A stretch of 62,892 bases of DNA, filler included, from Octopus bimaculoides (taxonomy: Eukaryota): assembly GCF_001194135.2 (NCBI RefSeq). It is 5 parts of 4 records of this genome, joined end to end, with 100 filler letters (N's around TTAATTAATTAA, not from the genome) between each part and the next. Parts side by side here need not be neighbours in the genome. Positions count along the whole stretch, not along the records: positions 11,854 to 30,416 come from NC_068994.1; 4 more parts are not named here. One strand, given 5' to 3'. How positions within the stretch are numbered: the first letter of the stretch is position 1; the number at the start of each line of letters is the position of its first letter. The position numbers and the translations under genes are program-made. Positions 11,854-23,589 of the stretch are shown piece after piece. Under the pieces are notes generated by a model. The model saw only the letters and a program-made list of their open reading frames with translations. It did no database searches and was not told the origin of the DNA.

Positions 11854-12318
11854 GCCTTCTAAATAATTTCGAATCCTGGACCAGACTGAGAGGCAGTTTT
11901 GTATCCTCGATCAAAACACTTCGTTTCACATTGCTCCAGTTCACTCAGTTGTAAACGAGTAACCCTGCGACGGACTGGCGTCCCGTTCAGGGGAAAGGAT
12001 ATTTATTTCTTTATTGTCCACAAGGGGCTAAACATTGAGGGGACAAACAAGGATAGACAAAGGGATTAAGTTGATTACATCGACCACAGTGCGTAACTGG
12101 TACTTACTGAATCGACCCCGAAGGGATGAAAGGCAAAGTCGACCTCGGCGGAATTTGACCTCAGAACGTAACGGCAAACGAAATACCGCTAAGCATTTCG
12201 CCCGGCGTGCTAACAATTCTGCCAACACGCCACCCTCCAGGGGAGAATATTGTGATCTCGTATCACTTACACGCTATGGAAACTAGTCGCATGAGTCCTA
12301 GGACTCTAGAGAGAACTT
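11854..12318 (+). mobile_element. CORE-like/V-like-domain SINE split by a nested SINE-B (12001-12235, -)
   Basis: CCCTGCGACGGACTGGCGTCCCGTTCAGGGG block. The host SINE resumes at 12236 and matches the intact copy at 35262-35524. Confidence 0.75.
12001..12235 (-). mobile_element. SINE-B, tail variant 2
   Basis: tRNA-like head, GAGGTCGACTTTGCCTTTCATCC..CGGGGTCGAT central block resembling the Nin/Deu domain, and tail AGCCCCTTGTGG.CAATAAAGAAAT. Confidence 0.85.
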
Positions 12319-12429
12319 ACTGGTTACAAATTTTGGCACAACGCCAGTACGATCCTGCCAGCACGCCGTCTTGAGACAGTATTTATTGTCACAGCAAAGA
12401 TGGAATCAATTTTCGCAAGATATACAACT

Positions 12430-12690
12430 GTAAAGGCGCGTGGCCTTGTGGCCATGGGATTGTGTTTTCGATTACCCGATCGGATTGGGTGGCACGCTGT
12501 GTTCTTAAACAAAACATATGATTTCATGTTGCTCCAGTCTATCCACTCAGCTGTAAATAAGTTTCAGCAATAACTGGGAAGTTATCCCGCGACAGACTGG
12601 GATCCAATTCTGCGGTCGTACGCCATGTAAACCTGTTTAACATTCGGCCTGATGAGTCCTAGGGGTCATGACAAACCAAAGCTCAGCTTC
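12430..12690 (+). mobile_element. Degenerate tRNA/CORE-like/V-like SINE
   Basis: AAGGCGCGTGGCCTTGTGG head, TGTTCTTAAACAAAACA...TGCTCCAGTC..CCACTCAGCTGTAAAT block. Confidence 0.6.
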
Positions 12691-12803
12691 CCCCACCATA
12701 TTTGTATCAGGGACCAGTTTCATTCAAAGCAATTTTTCCATGGATCATGCGCATAACAAAACACAATTAAGTTCACAATATATAATTTAACTATTGCATA
12801 TAT

Positions 12804-13015
12804 ATTGATTTCAAATTTTGGCAAAAGACCAATAATTTCGAAGAGGGAGTAAATCGATTACATCGACCCCTGGGATCAGTACATTTTTATCCACTCTGAA
12901 AGAATAGAAAGGCAAAGTCGTCCTCGGTGGAATTTAAATACAGAACGTAAAGGCGGACGAAACGCCGCTCTGCATTTTGCCCGGTGCGCGAACGATTCTG
13001 CCAGCTCGCCCCCTT
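12804..13015 (-). mobile_element. SINE-B, tail variant 1
   Basis: Plus strand reads TTTCAAATTTTGGC...AAAGGCAAAGTCG.CCTCGG...TTCTGCCAGCTCGCC.CCTT. Confidence 0.85.
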
Positions 13016-13095
13016 AATTATTACGCATACATACACGCACACATCCATCCATCCATCCATACATACATATGTACGTACGTACGTACATATATACA

Positions 13096-13126
<31 letters not shown>

Positions 13127-13317
13127 TTTCTTGACGCCAAGAGTATATATATGTATATATATATACACGGTGGTGCACCAGCATGACCGCAGCCACTTGG
13201 CTGAAACACATAAATAAATAAATACATACATACATACAATGCAAAAACACCATGCTGCGTGCGATAGTTAATGAAATAGGAATAACATTTAAATAATCAA
13301 AATATTCATTCTTTCTG

Positions 13318-13383
13318 CGCGGCCCTGTACCAAATGATCCATGGCTCGCTACTAGTTCGCATCCCGGAGGCTGGGGACTTCTG
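13318..13383. mobile_element. hAT-Charlie-like MITE terminus
   Basis: GCGGCCCTGTACCAAATGATCCATGGC...GGCTGGGGACTTCTG resembles a GGTTGGGGACCCCTG hAT end. Confidence 0.4.
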
Positions 13384-13902
13384 ATATAGCTAAATAATGC
13401 CTTTAGGAAAGTATGAACTTCATAATGTTTCATTTTCTATTTCCTATGAATTAATTAGTTGTCTTGTATCTCGCCATTAATACAGAAGTCGAAAGGGAAG
13501 AGGAAAAATGGTGGTTGGCAGTGGAGGTGGATACGAAATAACTCAATATTTATGTTTCTTTTTTATTGTTATAACATCTTTAATTTCTTGTTTTATTGTA
13601 GAATGAGCTGACTCACAATTTTAAAGTAATTTTGAATTGAATGAAAAATGAATAATAAATATTTATTGGCCAAACATTAAGATTCATACTTCGTGTACAA
13701 TGTCAACGAAACAAAACCGAAAACTACGATTCCTCTAATAAACGACTATAGAATGCAATATTGATGTGTGTCGACAAGAATAATTACGAACAAAATTAAT
13801 TTTGATTAATTATCGGCTTTATTGGCATCAAGAAAGTTATAAAATCATTTTATATGGAGGGGGGATGTATTAAACATTTCAATATATGTATGAATGTATG
13901 TA

Positions 13903-13947
<45 letters not shown>

Positions 13948-14096
13948 ATATGTTCTATATTTTGGTTTTACTATTACCATTAAAACGTTAAAAGCAATAT
14001 TTCTCAACCGATTTCGTCAGATAAATTCTTGTGTGTACACTTTCAACATCTTGTTTGTACAGCCTTGCTTACATATTTGGATTAATAATAATAGTA

Positions 14097-14153
<57 letters not shown>

Positions 14154-14155
<2 letters not shown>

Positions 14156-14894
14156 TTGTTCTACTATAGGCACAAGGCCTGAAATTTGGCGGGAGGGGTT
14201 GAGTCGATTACATCAACCCCAGTACACAACTGGTACTTAATTTATCAACCACGAAAGGATGAAAGGTAAAGTCGACCTCGGCGGAGTTTGAACTCAGAAC
14301 GTGAAGACGGACGAAATACTCTAAGCATTTCACCCGGCGTGCTGACCATTCTGCCAGCTCGCCACCTTGAACAACAGCAACAACAACAAGAACACCAACA
14401 CCACTAACAACAACAACAATAATAACAATAATCTTTTCTATTATAGGCACAAGGCTTGAAATTTTGGTGGGATGGGTAAGTCGATGACATCGACCCCATT
14501 GCTTAACTGGTGCTTATTTCATCGTCCCCGAAAAGATGAAAGGCAAAGTCAACCTCAGTGAAATTTGAGCTTAAAACGGACAAAATACTGCAAAGCTAAC
14601 AATTCTGCCTTCTCGCCGCCTTAATAATAATAATAATAATAATAATAACAATAATAATAATAATAATAAAAATAATAATCCTTCCTACTATAGGCATAAA
14701 GCCAGAAATTTTGGGGAAGGTGATTTGTCGATTATATCAATTCCAGTGTTTCACTGGTACTTAATTTGTCGACCCCGAGAGGGACGAAAGGCAAAGTCGA
14801 CATCGGCGGAATTTGAGCTCAGAACATAAAGACGGACAAGATGTTGCGAAGCATTTTGCCCGGCGTGCTAACGATTCTGCCAGCTCGCCGACTT
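14154..14894 (-). mobile_element. Three co-oriented SINE-B copies (14154-14368, 14430-14622, 14677-14894), tail variant 3
   Basis: Each has a CT(A/T)TAGGCA(C/T)AA.GC tail and a head ending in ..CTT. They are separated by (AAC)n/(AAT)n tracts. Confidence 0.85.
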
Positions 14895-14911
14895 GATGAT
14901 GATGATGATAA

Positions 14912-14970
<59 letters not shown>

Positions 14971-15516
14971 ATAATAATAATAATAATGGCTTCAAATTTG
15001 ATCCTACTTTCTGTAGTCCTACGCAAAGTCAACGTGCACTATGAGCTGAGAATGAATGAACCTCGTCTCAACCACCTTCTCTTCATGGATGATTGAAAAC
15101 TGCTCGCTAAAACAGGGTGTGAAATGAAGAGGCTGGTTGAAACTGTACAGACGTACAGCAAGGATATAGTGATAAAATTCAGTATCTCGAAGTGTGCGGT
15201 GCTCACTTTGAAACGGGGATAAGAGCAGATTGTAGGAGCATAGAATTATCAAACGGAGAGAGAATGGAATACCCGGATGATGATGGGTACAAGAACATTG
15301 GGATCCTGGAGCTGGACAATATCTTGCATAGAGAAATGAAAGACAAGGTCATCACTGCATAATTGAAGCGCCTCAAACTTCTCTTGGAGTCAAAACTCAA
15401 CTCAAGGAACCTTGTGACTGTCATCAACATATGGGCTGTTGTTGTAGTCCGCTATATTGCATCCATTCTGAAATGGATACGAGATTAACCAACTCGGTCG
15501 CACAACCCGAAAGACG

Positions 15517-16257
15517 ATGACAATGCATGGTGCCCTCCAGCCTAAAATGAATGTACACAGGCTCTACATGAAGAGGTGTAATGGTGGACGTGGGCTGATT
15601 AGCGTACGGGAGTGTACCAACAGTGAAAGAAGAAACATGGCAGAATATTTGGTAAACAGCAAACAAGACTTGCTACAGTATGCTACTAATGCAGAAGGAT
15701 TAACCAAAAATGGACTTGAGGGTGCTAATCAATTCCGATCGCGAATAGTAAACGAGAAAGAAGAAACTCTACTCCGCATGGAATTACATGGTCAGTTCCA
15801 CCGCGAAACTAACAACTTAAAAGACCAGGAATCATCATGGAGGTGGCTCAGCAAGAGTGGCCTAAAAAAGAAGACTGAAAGCCTAATCATTGCTGCCCAG
15901 GATCAGGAATTGAATACTAACTCAGTGAAAAGAGATGTATACCACACGAGTGCGACGAACATCTGCAGAATGTGTGGGAAGAGGGTCGAAAGCGTGACTC
16001 ACATTGTTAGTGCTGGTGAAAGATTTGTGCAGAAAGAGTACAAGCGCAGACATGACAAGGTAGTCCAAAACCTTCACTGGCTACTACGCCGGAAGTTTGG
16101 ATACGAGGTAACGGGTGCTTGGTACCAACATACTCCGGAAAAAGTAGTAGACGAAAAGGGGAAGACAAAAATCCTCTGGAGCTTTGACTTCCAGACAGAC
16201 AAGGTGTTAGAGCACCGAAGGTCGGATATAGTAACCTTTTGGAGGGAAAAACAATAA
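15517..16257 (+). pseudogene. 246-aa open stretch of the R4-A ORF (thumb, linker, zinc knuckle, start of RLE)
   Basis: ORF track. It ends at a SINE-derived TAA. Confidence 0.85.
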
Positions 16258-16471
16258 TAATCCTTTCTACTGGAAGCACAAGGTCTCAGATTTGGTGGGA
16301 GGGAATTAGTCGATCACTTAATTTATCAACTGGTACTTAATTTATCGACCTCGAAAGGATGAAAGGCAAAGTCGACCTCGGTGGAATTTGAACTCAGAAC
16401 GCAAAGAGTCACAAAATGCCGCTAAGCGTTTTGTCCGCCGTGCTAACGATTCTGTCAACTCGACGCCTTAA
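16255..16471 (-). mobile_element. SINE-B (variant 3) inserted in the R4-A endonuclease domain
   Basis: Full SINE-B. Removing it rejoins EKQ to ECLTIDAAVP in frame. Confidence 0.9.
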
Positions 16472-16876
16472 GAGTGCCTAACAATCGACGCGGCAGTGCC
16501 AGGAGATCAACATATTTTCATGAAAGAAAGAGAAAAGGGGGATAAATATGGAAACCTGAGAATTGAGATCGCCAAGATATGGCAGCAAAGAGAGTCAAAC
16601 ATAAAGTTTGTTCCTATTGTCATCGGAGCATTACATTTAATATCACTTAACCTGAAGAAACATCTCGAAATTTTAGAATACCCTACAATGTAGATGTATT
16701 GGGAAAATCGGCACTACTTGGAACTGAACACATATTGCATAAAGTACTGTCTGTCTGAGGTCCCTGTCGTGACTTGACAGACAGTACAAACACCTCAGGT
16801 AGACACAATATCTTCAATCAACAACATCACGATATTGGATACTGTGCGACGTCTATAATAATAATAAGATTAATAA

Positions 16877-17076
16877 TACTGGTTTGAAATTTTGGTACAG
16901 GGCCAGTAATTTTTGAGGAGACGGCAAAGTCGATTACGATGGATCCGGTACATGACGGGTATATAATTCATCGAACCCGAAAGGACGAAAAGCATTTGAA
17001 ATTGAAACATAAAACCGAGTGGAATGCCGCCAAACATTTTCCCGACGTGCTGACGATCCTGCCAGCTCACCGCCTT
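16877..17076 (-). mobile_element. SINE-B variant 1, followed by an (AAT)n/(GAT)n tract to ~17240
   Basis: Same body as the 12804-13015 copy. Confidence 0.8.
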
Positions 17077-17083
17077 AATGATG

Positions 17084-17144
<61 letters not shown>

Positions 17145-17794
17145 TGATGATGATGATGATGATAATCATAATAATAATGATAATCATAATAATACTGATG
17201 ATGATGATGATGATGACGATGATGATGATGACGATGATGAATGTATTATTGTTACGAAGCATTAATTCGCCTTGCATTACGTATAATTGCACCCATCTCT
17301 CCAAAATCTATAATTTAGTTTCATTGATGTTGTATAATAAGGGGTATGAATCTTAATGACAACCATCTGCTTATTGATCCAAATCTCACTTAAGAGTCAT
17401 TTTACCTGTTTTTAACAATCCATGTTATTCACTTCTTTACGTTCTTTTTTTAAATAAAAAGATGTATTTGTACCAAAACTATTCTTTCGAACATCTATGA
17501 TGTAATTACTACCAATCAGCGAGGCTTGACTCTAATTTATGTATTTATAACCCCGTAAAGCCACCAGCGTGTTCTGTAAAATTTGATGATTTGTCATATT
17601 CTGTTATGATATTTAAACCCAGGCCACAAATTATCAAGTAGAAATATAATCAAAAGCCTTCCAGCCGTGACCAATTTGTCTTTTATTTAGACATAGCGAA
17701 TATCTTAGACTGGAACTCATTATCCAATGAGTCATTCCGCTTTGTAAGACAGTAGAGCATGTGATGTGAGCGATATTGGAGTGCTATTTCTGAA

Positions 17795-18170
17795 ACTCGA
17801 GTTCGTTTTTATATTGTCGGGTTTCGACCCGGGCCGCAGCAAGAAAGTTCACCCAGCACGCTTCTCGGTCCAGCATCACTGTCTCGAGGTCCTGGATACA
17901 TTCCAGGTCAGTGTATGCGTTCAAGTTGTCGAGGTAAGTGTGACCATGAAGTAGGTTCCACAAGACTAGTTTGGATGCTTCCAGGTCAGTGTGGCACGCA
18001 GCGACCAGATAGTCGCTGCCGTCTTTGTCCGATTTCCTCGCTAACCTTCGGCAGGTCTCCATAAAGGAATTTGTCATATGTTGCTGCTATTTTACATATA
18101 GAGCCATTCGTAACATCCTTATGTAGCAGCCACCTAGCCCGTTTGATAATTTCTTCGTCAGTGTCCATGT
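17795..18170 (-). mobile_element. RTE-clade LINE 3' coding relic
   Basis: KFLYGDLPKVSEEIGQRRQRLSGRC, ASKLVLW, TYLD and ETVMLDREACW match the RTE C-terminal pattern (LYGDLP..S..I..RR.RFAGHC...DR..W). Confidence 0.8.
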
Positions 18171-18374
18171 TTCACGGCTATATGATTCGACAGTTGCAAT
18201 GTAAACGTTGATTCTTTACGATTTACTTTACAATTTCTTTCTATATTTTTTCTACGAAAAATAATAGGTTGGCTGTCCAAGACTTGAGATTCAGAGATGC
18301 GAAATGCGTATGACTGTTGTTAAAGAGTTTTCTTAAAAGGGTATTAGTCATGTAAGGGGGCAAACAATAATTCC

Positions 18375-18490
18375 TGGGTTTCATCCCTTCAGGGTTGATT
18401 AATTGAGTACAAGTTGAACACTGGGGTCGATGTAATCGATTTATTCCCATCCTCGAAACTGCTGGCCTTGTGCCAAAATTTGAAAGCAAT
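18375..18490 (+). mobile_element. SINE-B 3' fragment
   Basis: GGTTTCATCCCTTCAGGGTTGAT...CACTGGGGTCGATGTAATCGA...GGCCTTGTGCCAAAATTTGAAA. Confidence 0.8.
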
Positions 18491-18924
18491 ACAGGCTCCC
18501 GGCGTATAGTCTATTACAAGTAACATTCCATGGTGATCTGATACATATAATCGGCAACAATGTGCATTGCACTTAACCTGTCATCTAATTTAATGCAATC
18601 TCAGGGTTTTTAAGTGCCTTTATCAAAGTCCGCGCTGTTTGAAGTACTTGGACGAGATTTCAAGGAAGTCAGCAATCGATAAGGATCAAAACAATGCAAG
18701 GAGTTGGGAAAAATCGAATAATAATACAAATTTCCTTAAAGAGGAGAAAATTACAGCAAAGCGGCGACAGAAACACATTTGTGTTGGAAAAGACAAATGA
18801 AATCTCTACACGTGTGCATATGAGTCTGCAGAAAGTGAATGGTCATTGGCATAAGTGCATACATACATGCATACATTCATACATACATACATACATACAT
18901 ACATATACATACATATATACACAT

Positions 18925-19160
18925 ACCATTCTTTACATGCAAGCAACACTCGTTCCCTCGTCTCTTTCTAACTTCTCCCTATAGAATCGCATTCTCACCT
19001 GACCCCTAAACTTTTTCTTCGTTACATCACCAATTTTCCTTTCTTTTCTATTTCCTAATGAAGGACTAGCATCCGAAACGTTAAACACTCTTTCCCTTTC
19101 GTTTCAAGCGATGTACTTAAAATATCTTTGTTGAATCTTATCAATCTCGTTGTGTTCTTT
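18925..19160 (+). mobile_element. Probable Penelope-type terminal repeat with a decayed minimal hammerhead motif
   Basis: Pyrimidine-rich sequence containing CTAATGA-A-GGA-ctagca-TCC-GAAAC-GTT (19055-19082). Confidence 0.45.
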
Positions 19161-19204
19161 CATCGTCATGATGATGATGACGATCGTCGTCGTCGTCGTC
19201 TGTC

Positions 19205-19235
<31 letters not shown>

Positions 19236-19248
19236 CACACACACACGC

Positions 19249-19294
<46 letters not shown>

Positions 19295-20131
19295 GCACGC
19301 ACGCACGCACGCATATGGATATGACTTTATGCTTCTGTATCGTTGTTTTCTGTGAAAACTGAGCCGTGGAACTGGGAAAAGAAATGAGTCCTGGTAACGG
19401 TTGTGTTGAGATGAGAATGTGGAGAGTACGTGTGTTCTTCGTGTGAGCGGACGGTACTCTGAGCAACTACTTTATAACTGGTCTGCTGAAAGAAAAAAGG
19501 AAAGGAAAGAGTTGAAAAACATTTCCCCCTCATTGGTTCAATAAATTTTGGGTGAGGAAGTGATTGGATTAGAGTTACTGTATCGCCTGGACGGATGAAA
19601 TATGATCCACTTCGTTTATTTATCTATCTAGCCATGTTAAAATTCTTATGGTGTCAGCTGGTAAGAATAAAATTTCTAAAATGTCGGGAGGAATTCAAGG
19701 GATTGTATTAATCCATTACTAGAACGCCTATCTTGTCTACAGCAGATGTAGGTTCGAGCCCCACGGGACACCTTCGACTTTTTCTATCCGCAGTGGAACT
19801 GATCCCAGAACCATGTGGTTGTAAAAAGCACATCTCTATATGTGTGCTTGTATGTATGTACCTGAGTGTGTGTATTTCAACATATCCACATAGGCACTAA
19901 TCATTGTGGTAATAATTTTAAATAGCATAGCCAGATTTCAGATAACCCTTGTCAGTCATTCATTGTGTATATACTTTTTAACACACAGCTTTCACTATTT
20001 AGTTTTCTGACAAACTGGAATTTATGCTTCTTACAAGTTTTATATCTATCTGACCATTCATATATATATAGCTGACCATTTATATATCTATCTGGCCATT
20101 CAATTAGCTATCTGACCGTCTCACTCTCCCG

Positions 20132-20566
20132 AAAGAGCTAGAAACGCTGCGTCTGGGAGTCCGACAGAGTGAAACACTAGGCAGATATGGTATTTTTACA
20201 CCTTTTACTATAAGAAAGAACATTTTGTCCGCGGTAACTGCAGTGAATTTGCTTTCAAAAGATGGAATATGATACAAGCATATTCTAACACACCTAAAGT
20301 TCGCTTATGCCTAAACACTGCTTGGTGCTGATACTGCTGAATTTCTCTCGACCCGGCGGGCTAATAGCGCTGTTCAGTCAGTGTGATTGTGTTTTAGTTA
20401 AAACTATAGGTTTAAATCTGCCCAGAGTTACCTCTCTTCGGTCTTTCATTTTGATAACGGCTAAAGAGCTAGAAACGCTACCTCTGGGAACACTTTTTTT
20501 TTTACCATAATAGGGAATTTTTTCTTCACGGAACTGCAGTGAATTTGTTTCAGAAGTTGAAATATG
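20132..20566 (+). repeat. Unclassified repeat F, two direct copies (20132-20270, 20462-20566); third copy inverted at ~52383-52530
   Basis: Shared AAAGAGCTAGAAACGCT.C.TCTGGGA and AACTGCAGTGAATTTG.TT.CA.AAG. Confidence 0.75.
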
Positions 20567-20989
20567 TAACAAATATATTTCAACTAACCTAAAATTCGTT
20601 ATATATATNNNNNNNNNNNNNNNNNNNNNNNNNNNNNNNNNNNNNNNNNNNNNNNNNNNNNNNNNNNNNNNNNNNNNNNNNNNNNNNNNNNNNNNNNNNN
20701 NNNNNNNNNNNNNNNNNNNNNNNNNNNNNNNNNNNNNNNNNNNNNNNNNNNNNNNNNNNNNNNNNNNNNNNNNNNNNNNNNNNNNNNNNNNNNNNNNNNN
20801 NNNNNNNNNNNNNNNNNNNNNNNNNNNNNNNNNNNNNNNNNNNNNNNNNNNNNNNNNNNNNNNNNNNNNNNNNNNNNNNNNNNNNNNNNNNNNNNNNNNN
20901 NNNNNNNNNNNNNNNNNNNNNNNNNNNNNNNNNNNNNNNNATATATATGTACATATATATATATTTATATATATATGTATGTACATAAA

Positions 20990-21350
20990 TACTTATTGCT
21001 GTCCAACGACCTAACTGTATTCTTTTGTGAACACCTATGACCTCAAGATGACACACCTAAAAATATTCACCTAATTACAAAGCTGAACATGCATGAATAA
21101 ATTCTAACAATTAGCACTTCCCCAAATTTAATCAATAAAAATTCTCCGTAACACCTTGCCATCACAATCTACCATACAACTTAATCATCATTCAACAGAA
21201 CTCAGCTTACATCAGACACTTAACAAAGGCTTTATAAGCCAAGGTGAGCTTAAATGAATTATAGTCCAATGATGGCTTAGATGGCCGAAACTTCGAAGTC
21301 ACTATCAATACTATTCTTGTTAATAAATAATAAATTTGTATTTTACCAAA
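20990..21350 (+). mobile_element. Possible decayed Penelope-like 3' end (GIY-YIG C-terminus plus terminal repeat)
   Basis: Weak EHL...KLNMHE...PNLINKN translation, followed by CCAATGA-T-GGC-ttagatg-GCC-GAAAC (21266-21291). Confidence 0.35.
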
Positions 21351-21416
21351 CGAATTAGGTAATCCTTCAATCTAATATAAACCTGTTTTTATTATAGCAT
21401 AAAATCAAACATTAAT

Positions 21417-21461
<45 letters not shown>

Positions 21462-21575
21462 AATCATTCACGCACACAAATATATGCACACACACATAGA
21501 CGCACACGCACACACACACAGACGCACACGCACACACACACAGACGCACACGCACACACACACACGCACACACAC

Positions 21576-21612
<37 letters not shown>

Positions 21613-22343
21613 TATCGGCGCATATATGAATGTGAATTTACCCATACATGCACACATATATTCATAAATACACACATATGCATATACATACACACACTGA
21701 TGTATATACACACTCACGCACCAACACACACATACGCGTGCGGGCGCGTATCTAATAAATCTGAACCTGCAAAGATCAGTGTTACAATTAGTGTAGCTTC
21801 ATCTTTTCGAATTATGAAATTGCAATGGGAAACTTTTAATAAAATATTGCAGATCTAATGTTAGCCAGGAATTGAGAAGAAGGAGAAGAAAGAGAGAAAT
21901 ATTGGTGTGTGTNNNNNNNNNNNNNNNNNNNNNNNNNNNNNNNNNNNNNNNNNNNNNNNNNNNNNNNNNNNNNNNNNNNNNNNNNNNNNNNNNNNNNNNN
22001 NNNNNNNNNNNNNNNNNNNNNNNNNNNNNNNNNNNNNNNNNNNNNNNNNNNNNNNNNNNNNNNNNNNNNNNNNNNNNNNNNNNNNNNNNNNNNNNNNNNN
22101 NNNNNNNNNNNNNNNNNNNNNNNNNNNNNNNNNNNNNNNNNNNNNNNNNNNNNNNNNNNNNNNNNNNNNNNNNNNNNNNNNNNNNNNNNNNNNNNNNNNN
22201 NNNNNNNNNNNNNNNNNNNNNNNNNNNNNNNNNNNNNNNNNNNNNNNNNNNNNNNNNNNNNNNNNNNNNNNNNNNNNNNNNNNNNNNNNNNNNNNNTATA
22301 TATATATAGATAGATACATAAACACACACAAATTTGCACACAT

Positions 22344-22380
<37 letters not shown>

Positions 22381-23589
22381 AACATATATGCATATATACA
22401 TACATAAATACACACACATACACACACACATATGCTTAATTATACACTGTTGATAATTAGTCTTGTCCGACTTCTGTCCAGTATCAGTACAGTAGATGAT
22501 TTGAAGTGAAACAGCTACGATATTCAACAACAACAACAACAACAACCACAACAACAACGAAAGCAGTAGCAGCAGCAGTAGCAACAGCAGTAGCAGTAGC
22601 AGCAGTAGAGAGCATCATCAGTGATCACCCAACAGCGTCTCCTCGCTGTTGTCATAATTACTAATTATCCAATGAGATACATGATGCATGTGTGATGCTG
22701 GAATAACACACAGCTAATTAAAATTGTAAAGTTGGTTGTTTAGTGGAGTGGATCTGCTGGATTGGCTGTCATCCATAGATTTCATCAACACCAGAACCAC
22801 CGGCTCCACCACCACCACCACCACCGACACCACCACCACCACCNNNNNNNNNNNNNNNNNNNNNNNNNNNNNNNNNNNNNNNNNNNNNNNNNNNNNNNNN
22901 NNNNNNNNNNNNNNNNNNNNNNNNNNNNNNNNNNNNNNNNNNNNNNNNNNNNNNNNNNNNNNNNNNNNNNNNNNNNNNNNNNNNNNNNNNNNNNNNNNNN
23001 NNNNNNNNNNNNNNNNNNNNNNNNNNNNNNNNNNNNNNNNNNNNNACCACCACCACCGCCGCCGCCGCCGCCGCCACCACCAAAACCACCACCACCACCA
23101 GCCATCAAAATGAAATACTGAAACGTTAATCTAATTGCAAGCCAAATAAAACTAATGAGATTTATACAGCAGTTGTGACGTCATTGGATGGTTGGTTTAC
23201 ATAGGTTCTCGTCGTAGTGTATCTTGAGGCTACTTAAATTCATTCTGGTACCGAGAGTAACTTATTACTTGCAACACTCAACCCATATACAATACATACA
23301 CTCATGTACCCCTCTCCAACACACACACACAGACACATACATGTATGTATGAAAGTATATATGAATGTATGTATATGCATAAATAAATATATGTATGTAT
23401 AAATGATTGTATGCATGTATACATGTATGCATGAATTGTATGTGTATACACACACATATACGTATACATGCTCATGGAATTTAAAATGTTTACATGGCTC
23501 TATACATATATAAGTTAAAAAGTTATGTATATACATGCATATATATATATAGGTGTATGTATATATGAATAACTAAAATTATGTATTGC

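Larger units (their letters stand above)
14987..16855 (+). mobile_element. R4/Dong-clade non-LTR retrotransposon, family R4-A, 5'-truncated and disrupted
   Basis: LNHLLFMDD (FMDD 15082-15093), RLYMKRCNGGRGL, ESLIIAAQDQ, CRMCGKRVESVTHIVS zinc-knuckle relic, YKRRHD, RSDIV...IDAAVPGD...EKGDKY RLE, C-terminus KSALLGTEHILHKVLSV*. (TAA)n on both flanks. Confidence 0.9.

Noticed and set aside
12649-12685. CTGATGAGTCC, a hammerhead-like start
   Set aside because: No matching stem II closure or GAAA. It aligns with the tail of the CORE/V-like SINE.
14085-14894. Repeat-spacer-like array
   Set aside because: Not CRISPR: the units are ~200-bp SINEs separated by microsatellites in eukaryotic DNA, with no cas genes.
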